DNA from: Octopus bimaculoides
Taxonomy: Eukaryota
NCBI RefSeq assembly: GCF_001194135.2
Contig: NC_068981.1
Coordinates: 34,684,677-34,723,717, forward strand
Reading direction: 5' to 3'
DNA length: 39,041 bases
Shown here: positions 31,718 through 39,041 of the stretch, one piece after another
Layout: the number at the start of each line of letters is the position of its first letter
How positions within the stretch are numbered: position 1 is the stretch's first letter
The notes under the pieces: generated by a model
Seen by the model: the letters and a program-made list of their open reading frames with translations, nothing else
Told to the model about the DNA's origin: nothing
The model's database searches: none
Program-made: the position numbers and the translations under genes

Positions 31718-32140
31718 GCACTGGCTGTGTGGTTAAGAAACTTGCTTCCCAGTCACATGGTTACGTGTTCGGCTTCAATCACGCTGTGTGGCACGTTAGG
31801 CAAGTTCTTTCTACTATACCTCCGGGCTGACCAAAGCCTTGAGAGTGAATTCGGTAGACGGAAACTGAAAGAAGCCCATCGTTTTGACATCACGTGACAG
31901 TTGTAAATGAGTGTCATTCACTGTCACTATTATACGAAAATAAGGCAGCGAGCTGGCAGAATCGTGAGCATGCTTGGCAAAATGCTTAACGGCATTTCGT
32001 ACATCTACACGTTCGGAGTTCAAAATCCGCTGAGGTCGACTTTACCTTTCGTTTTGTCGAGATCAATGAAATAAGTACCAGTTGAGCACTGGGGGTCGAT
32101 GTAATCGATTTACTCTCTCCCCCCAAATCACTGGCCCTCT
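31718..32140 (+). mobile_element. Degenerate family A 5' part (31718-31935) followed by a family B copy with B2 tail (31940-32140)
   Basis: ctggctgtgtggttaagaaacttgc...ggaaactgaaagaagccc, then aaggcagcgagctggcagaatcg...gggggtcgatgtaatcga. Confidence 0.8.
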
Positions 32141-32153
32141 TGCTCGTCCACAG

Positions 32154-32223
32154 TTCGCCTGGTTCACCGCAGAGGTCGCTTGTTCTTGGACAGAGAGTAG
32201 ATAGAGAAAGACCAACGTACTGT
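32154..32223 (+). other. Candidate 70-nt exon (phase 2 to 0 frame open: SPGSPQRSLVLGQRVDRERPTYC)
   Basis: Acceptor ctcttgctcgtccacAG and donor TGT|GTAAGT. Confidence 0.3.
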
Positions 32224-32899
32224 GTAAGTTTGGCTCTCTTCTGAGGTCAAATGTTAAACTTTTCAAACCTCACTTTTAAACTTACCAACTCTTCGTAGTT
32301 TCTCAGTGTAACTGCTACTTACAATGTGGTTATTTCATCACAGATCAGGCATTCTGATCAAGCAGACTGATAATCAAAGACTTTCCAATCATTTTTGGAT
32401 TTTCACACAGGTCACATTACACAATGAATTTTTTTTATAAGAAAGCTGATGTGTGATTCTAAGGAAATTTCCTGGTTATTTCTAGCAGGCCGAATGACCG
32501 CGTGGAGGCTCATTTGTTGATAAGGTGCATCATGTTGTTATTGTTGTTGTTTTTATTGACAACATGACGGACTACCTCGTTCAAATCTACGTCTCAACCA
32601 CGGCCATAACTTAACTTACCGATCACCAGGACGTAAAACCATCCATCTTCCTTTAGTTGATAGGTCCGACACGCTTATTGATTCATGCACAAGAATGTTT
32701 AGGGCAAGCAGACAAGATAAAATTTCATGAAAGAATAACAAAATCATTATTTTTGATGAAAATACATTTTTATTCATTCATCTTCTGTGAGTCACATTTG
32801 ATAGAATGTAATTAAATATAATATATACAATGCAGATTTTTCATTTGTATGTACATATAGGTTCTTTATATATTTCATATATATATATATATAATTTAT

Positions 32900-32935
<36 letters not shown>

Positions 32936-33976
32936 AGTGTGTGTTTATATTCTTTTATAATTTGTTCATTCATCCAAAATATAGCAGGCATTCTACACAA
33001 TCGCACATATACTCAGTGAAGGTGGCAGATAAGTCCCACCACTGGACGTGTTTTTCTTCTCCCATTTACAAGAGAGTTCCTCAATTAAATAGTCAATTAG
33101 ACAATTTTTCAATAAAATTTTGTTATTTTTGTTTGTTTTGTTTGGGTTTTTTTTTTACTATATATGGGGGTGCATTAATTACTGTCATGAAACTTTTTTT
33201 AAACCTTTCTCTGCCACGTAATCATACTCATTAATTTATAATATATTTATCGATTATATATATGTATTATATAATATTAAAATATACTATATATATATAA
33301 TATATATTTATACATATATATATTATTATATATGTACGTAAACATAATTTTATTTTCATGTCCATCTTAAGTGTTTCAATTTATATATATTTTATGAATT
33401 ATTTTTTAATCACAAAAAAAGTCTTCTTTGTTAAAAGAAGACAAAGACTTTTTCGATCTAAACATTTTCTTTTTTCTCTTTCCTCTTTATCTCTCAAACT
33501 TTCCATGGGCAAAATATGTATGGTAGTTACAACAAAAAGTAATGAAAATAATAATAATAATAATAATAATAGTAATATAATAATAATAAAATAGATAAAT
33601 ACCCTATCGAGTAGAGAGAAGCGTAGAGATATAGAGAGTGCAATGAGATAGATAGAGAGTGGGAGTGGAACGTGAGGAGTAAGAGATAGAGGAAGGGAGG
33701 TAAACGAGTTCTAAATAGTTATTGTGATGAAGCAGCAGTGACGGAGAGAAAGAAAGAAAGGGTGAAGTGAGAGAGGGGGAGGAATAGAGAGAGAGAGATG
33801 TGCGAGGAAGTGAGTTACATTGAACTGTGTATGTGTTATTGTTGTTGTTAAGAAAGATTGCCTTTGGGTTGAGTTAGTCGGCTAGCACACCCCACCACCA
33901 TACAACCGAACACAACAATCCTCTATGAACGCCACTCGTTCAACACCCACCCACCCCATCCATCCATCTTTTCCAG

Positions 33977-34044
33977 GATTTCTTTCAGCCAAAGTTATAA
34001 CCCTTCCAACTCTAAACCAACCCTTTACTTTAACCACCACGTCG
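33977..34044 (+). other. Candidate 68-nt exon (ISFSQSYNPSNSKPTLYFNHHV or GFLSAKVITLPTLNQPFTLTTTS)
   Basis: Acceptor catccatcttttccAG and donor TCG|GTAAGC. Two of three frames are open. Confidence 0.35.
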
Positions 34045-34083
34045 GTAAGCGTCATACAAACAAATACGGTCTCTCTCTCTCTC

Positions 34084-34114
<31 letters not shown>

Positions 34115-34839
34115 NNNNNNNNNNNNNNNNNNNNNNNNNNNNNNNNNNNNNNNNNNNNNNNNNNNNNNNNNNNNNNNNNNNNNNNNNNNNNNNNNNNNNN
34201 NNNNNNNNNNNNNNNNNNNNNNNNNNNNNNNNNNNNNNNNNNNNNNNNNNNNNNNNNNNNNNNNNNNNNNNNNNNNNNNNNNNNNNNNNNNNNNNNNNNN
34301 NNNNNNNNNNNNNNNNNNNNNNNNNNNNNNNNNNNNNNNNNNNNNNNNNNNNNNNNNNNNNNNNNNNNNNNNNNNNNNNNNNNNNNNNNNNNNNNNNNNN
34401 NNNNNNNNNNNNNNNNNNNNNNNNNNNNNNNNNNNNNNNNNNNNNNNNNNNNNNNNNNNNNNNNNNNNNNNNNNNNNNNNNNNNNNNNNNNNNNNNNNNN
34501 NNNNNNNNNNNNNNNNNNNNNNNNNNNNNNNNNNNNNNNNNNNNNNNNNNNNNNNNNNNNNNNNNNNNNNNNNNNNNNNNNNNNNNNNNNNNNNNNNNNN
34601 NNNNNNNNNNNNNNNNNNNNNNNNNNNNNNNNNNNNNNNNNNNNNNNNNNNNNNNNNNNNNNNNNNNNNNNNNNNNNNNNNNNNNNNNNCATCCACAATC
34701 AGGTGACTATAAAAGCTTTATCTGTTAGATCACAGGGGGCAGTTTGTTCAGACCAAATAAGGTGAGGCAAATTGAAAGTGCTTATTAAGTTTTTACTCGG
34801 TAATAATTTGTGATGTTATATAACTGATACGATATATAT

Positions 34840-34879
<40 letters not shown>

Positions 34880-37800
34880 TTGTGATATAATTCATAAGTA
34901 TATAAATATTTGCTATTTACGTTCTTTTAGCTTTTGTCTACGTTGCTAGGTTCACCTTACAATGTGTTTTGTTCGTTGAGGTGGAAATCCGCCACTCACA
35001 TGTTGAATAAGAAAAAATATAGTTTATGTTCACGGAATCGGATAGAAATGAGCTAACAGATTTTTTTTTTTTTTAATGTGTTACACTTAAAGAACCATCG
35101 ATAGAATTGTACAATAATGAAGTCTGATTTGTGCCTTTGACGCTCCAACAGGTGGTGTGTGCTTTTGTGATCTATTTGAAGTAAAAAAAAGTCCGCCAGT
35201 ATTGCCAAGTTATTCGAGAAAAATGAGTGTTGCCGGTCCATACAGTTGCGGCAATGTTTGCTATGGTGTTTGTTTGTAAGAACTCTTCAGTCATAGGAGA
35301 AAGTTAGGGCATGACGATGACACTAGAGAAAGTTTCTCTGGGGGTTCACAGTATGTCAACAAGAACATATATGAAATGCATACCCACTGTGGCAAGATCG
35401 ACGCTGGTAGTTACTCCACGGATTATGAACTGGAGCTGTCTGACAACAAGTAGCACGAAACTCGTCGTGACAGTGAAAGTTCTAATGTACATAATAATGT
35501 AATGGGACAAATTGTTTGGAAAAAAAAAATAATTGGGAAGGCAAGGCTAGAATAATCAAGTAAATGGACGATGACCAGATCCCTGAATTCGATGGTGATG
35601 GGCATGTTGTGCTTGATGCCTCGCCTTAAGTTGACGTATAATGTGTGTGAATTTAGCGCCGTATTTTTCTACGCCTTAGGCGGGCATCAAAATGCTGGAA
35701 AACAGTTTTGAACCAATTTATTCTGACAAGCATCTGATGACATTATATCACATGTCAATGTAGGGAGGTAGAATTAGCCAAACGGTAGCTAATTCGTCTG
35801 AGTTAGTGGAAGGCCTGTTTGGACAGGTCCACTGTTGAACTTACTATAAGTGGGTCTTCGGCCCTATCACTCAGTCGGTTGAGCTCAAGTCTCAACAAAT
35901 AGAATATATGTCACAGCCGAGGGAGGTGCATGCCTTTTCCCCGTGTTTCAAAAACGAGAATTAAATTTTTCATAGAACTTATCTGTATTCTCAGAGAAGT
36001 GTTTAAAATTATTTCTTTGAGTAAATGCACAGTCTATAAAAATTTGTTTCTAAATTGAGCAGAATTACGTAGAAAAAAGCGGGAACGAGCATAAAGAGAA
36101 ACAGAAGGAAAAAAAGTGGGGAGGGGCTCTGAGCTAAAATTAGAATTATGAAAACAATTGTATGTAAGGAATGATCGTCATACACGTGAACAATAAACAC
36201 ATTAAATACAATGCTTTTTAAGTGACCACTTCAGTTATACTTATTAAGTAATGAAAACAAGCGTTCACTGTAAAAGATGCCTCATTCGTTTACAGGTAAC
36301 AAGTATTAACATATATTCGGACTTAGCACAATAATGATTAAACTTCCATCTTTCCACTTTCGTAATTAGTAATTCGAAGAATCGATAAGAGGGGACATTT
36401 TCCATGTAGAGCAAAACTTATAAGATTTCAATAATACCAAAAATAATCAGTTAAATGTTCACAGCTACAAATAGATATTAATAGTCTGGCATGTTAAATA
36501 TATCATGCACAGATAATGATTTCCGTCTCAGACACCAGAGACAGCTATAATGTATATTATGATATAATAAAACCAAGATAATACTATTACTACAAAAATC
36601 CTCACGATCAATTGATGATTCGTGAAGATGGACCGTTAAATCAGTTTCAACAAGATTGAATTTTTAAATAGCCAGAAGACACCAGCCATACAACTAGAAG
36701 TAATGTGTCCTGAGAAAGATTCGAAGACCCAAGTCAACCGAATCTATATCTCGTGTGCCTATTATATATATTATGTAGATTAATTGATATAACAGAGAAA
36801 ATAAATATTGCTACAGAATGTGGGTATGGATTCAAGAACACATCTAAATTCAGAATTATTAATCTGTTGCTATGATTCAGAATTAACTACTACTGGTGAA
36901 ACTTTCATTAGACTCTTAATTTACTAATTTTCCTACCAAAGTCTTTACAACTAAATGTACTCCAGGATATTAGACAAATGTTTAATCACAACATAAGAAT
37001 AATAATATTCAAAGGGAGAGAATTACTTACAACTTATACCTACATCATATAACATGTATACAGTAATTGCTATAACATTCTTCTACTCAAAAAACAAAAC
37101 AGAATGCAGAAAAGCATTCTAATTTTATCCTTCTACTTCCACTTAAGAACATTAAACTAATGAGTGCAGTAGCGTAACGTAACCATACCACGTCAAGGAT
37201 TCTATAAAAATAACCCATTTTTCTTAGAAACTGATAAAATATTCAAACAGAAAATGTGTAAATTATTGCTAAGAAATCAAAGCAAATGAGTGATCTTGTA
37301 ACATGGAAACTTAAAACACAGCTACTTGACATAATACAAAAGTAATGTGTAATTTGAGAAAGTTCCAGCAACAGTACCACTGGATTTTTCTCTTTATAAA
37401 TAAATAAATAAATTTCATTAAACTATTTGAAATATAAACCTATTAGTAACACACATTTCAGCTACAGTTACAAAATATGCAGGCACATGCTATCTACATG
37501 AAGAACATAGTTGTATGGAGATGGGAATTCTTGGAGCCCAGTTTATTAAATTCTAGCCCCCAAAAAGAAATATTTGAAACGAACATTAAAATAATAATAG
37601 CAATAATGATAATAATAATTGTACTTAAATCTCTCACAGAATTTTGGCATCAGACAGGTAAGATAGCTAGGGAGTAGGTTTGTGAAAATAGTGAAGCAAC
37701 AGGTAACCCAGAAGAAAATCTTCCAAGTAATTAATGAATCTGCCAACTTCTGCCAGAGCTGGAAGATATGAACCATTATTAATTATTCAGACACAAGATA

Positions 37801-38424
37801 TAGAGATAAGTTACCAAATGATAACGTACCTCTTGATTAGCTGATAAAACTTTCACTTACAGCTGATCAATCCTGCCTAGATTAATTTAGCCCAGAAAAG
37901 AACAATATAGTGAATGACAGACTGACATATAATTCACTGAATAGGATTTAATTATCGTTATTTCTTAGATGGGTAAACCAAGTAGAAGATGACGTGCGTT
38001 TTTTGAAACAAAAAAGTAGGAAGTGACTCCAAATAGGAAATAAAAACTGGTTGAGGACGTCAATGGATAGAAGCATAACTGTACGTAAGCAAGAAGGATG
38101 TAAATATATAATAGATGTTAAAGTAAGGCTAAAGTAAAGCTAAGAAACAGTGAGGGAAAGAAGAAAAGTGGGGGGAACCATTGGAGGGAGAAAATAACAA
38201 TCAACAACAAAGAAATCAGGTACAAGCAGCTACTCTTACCTAGAGTAAGAGAAACAAAATAATAATAATAATCATTTATTATAAAGAAAGTAAACTTAAG
38301 TAGGAATAGAAAACTCATCGCCTTGCACCCAGTGTAAGTTGATATATATATATAAAAGAGAAAGAAGAGAAGAAAGAAAAAAGTGATTGAATTTATCGTT
38401 CCACAAGTGTATATGTATGTATGT

Positions 38425-38429
<5 letters not shown>

Positions 38430-38475
<46 letters not shown>
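38430..38475. repeat. (TA)n microsatellite
   Basis: Seen directly. Confidence 0.95.
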
Positions 38476-38484
<9 letters not shown>

Positions 38485-39041
38485 ATACACATCATGCTAC
38501 TACATAAGATGGACTGACAAGAACAGTAGCTTCCTACCACTCCCTTGCCGCTTAGCTAAGCTAACTCGAAAATCTTTGTCGATTCGTTCGTCACAGCCGG
38601 GTTACAAGTACAGACAGATACGCCACGCACACACAGACACAAACATACACGCACAAGTTCTTTTTTACACATGTGCGCGTATTCAATGCGAGTTTGTAAC
38701 ATGGCTTCCGTGTTGATAACAGGAATTTAGTAAAAACAAAGGGATTTTTTTTTAATGGGCGCAGTGAACAATGAAATTCAATTAAAAAAATTTGTTTTAA
38801 ACCCAGGCTAAACATTAACCCGTCCCTCACACCCACAAAAGTAAAGAAAAAAAAAACACGGAAGCATGGTTATTATCTGTGTAATAAATATCATCCCCCT
38901 TGTGAACAAAGGATTGTTTCAAAAGTGTACTAACAGATATATAGTGTTAGATACAAGAAAAAAAAATAGATATTAAAAAATGTGAACCCCTCTGTACCCC
39001 CAAATACGGAATGAACCATTTGTTGTTTAATAATAAATTCG

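Overview
This is a 39 kb window of AT-rich, gapped eukaryotic genomic DNA with 10 N-gaps. It most likely comes from an octopod cephalopod, which I infer from the SINE families and microsatellite load. It has no prokaryotic features, CRISPR arrays, rRNA or tRNA genes, and no host protein gene I can name. Most ORFs in the supplied track are microsatellite or gap artefacts. The window is dominated by repeats: about 35 copies or fragments of five interspersed retroposon families (my labels A-E), a decayed minus-strand Helitron, a decayed Tc1 (DD34E) transposon, hAT and LINE-endonuclease fragments, a piggyBac-type MITE, a foldback-type MITE and many simple or compound microsatellites. The most interesting signals are four. 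First, several minimal Penelope-type hammerhead-ribozyme motifs, one nested inside a SINE. Second, inverted structures that could form long dsRNA: a head-to-head SINE fold-back, an inverted SINE pair and an unexplained 42-bp inverted repeat. Third, scattered splice-site-bounded exon and microexon candidates on both strands, including a signal-peptide-like start exon on the minus strand. Fourth, a candidate recursive splice site. All exon calls are inferred from splice motifs and open frames only and need RNA-seq.
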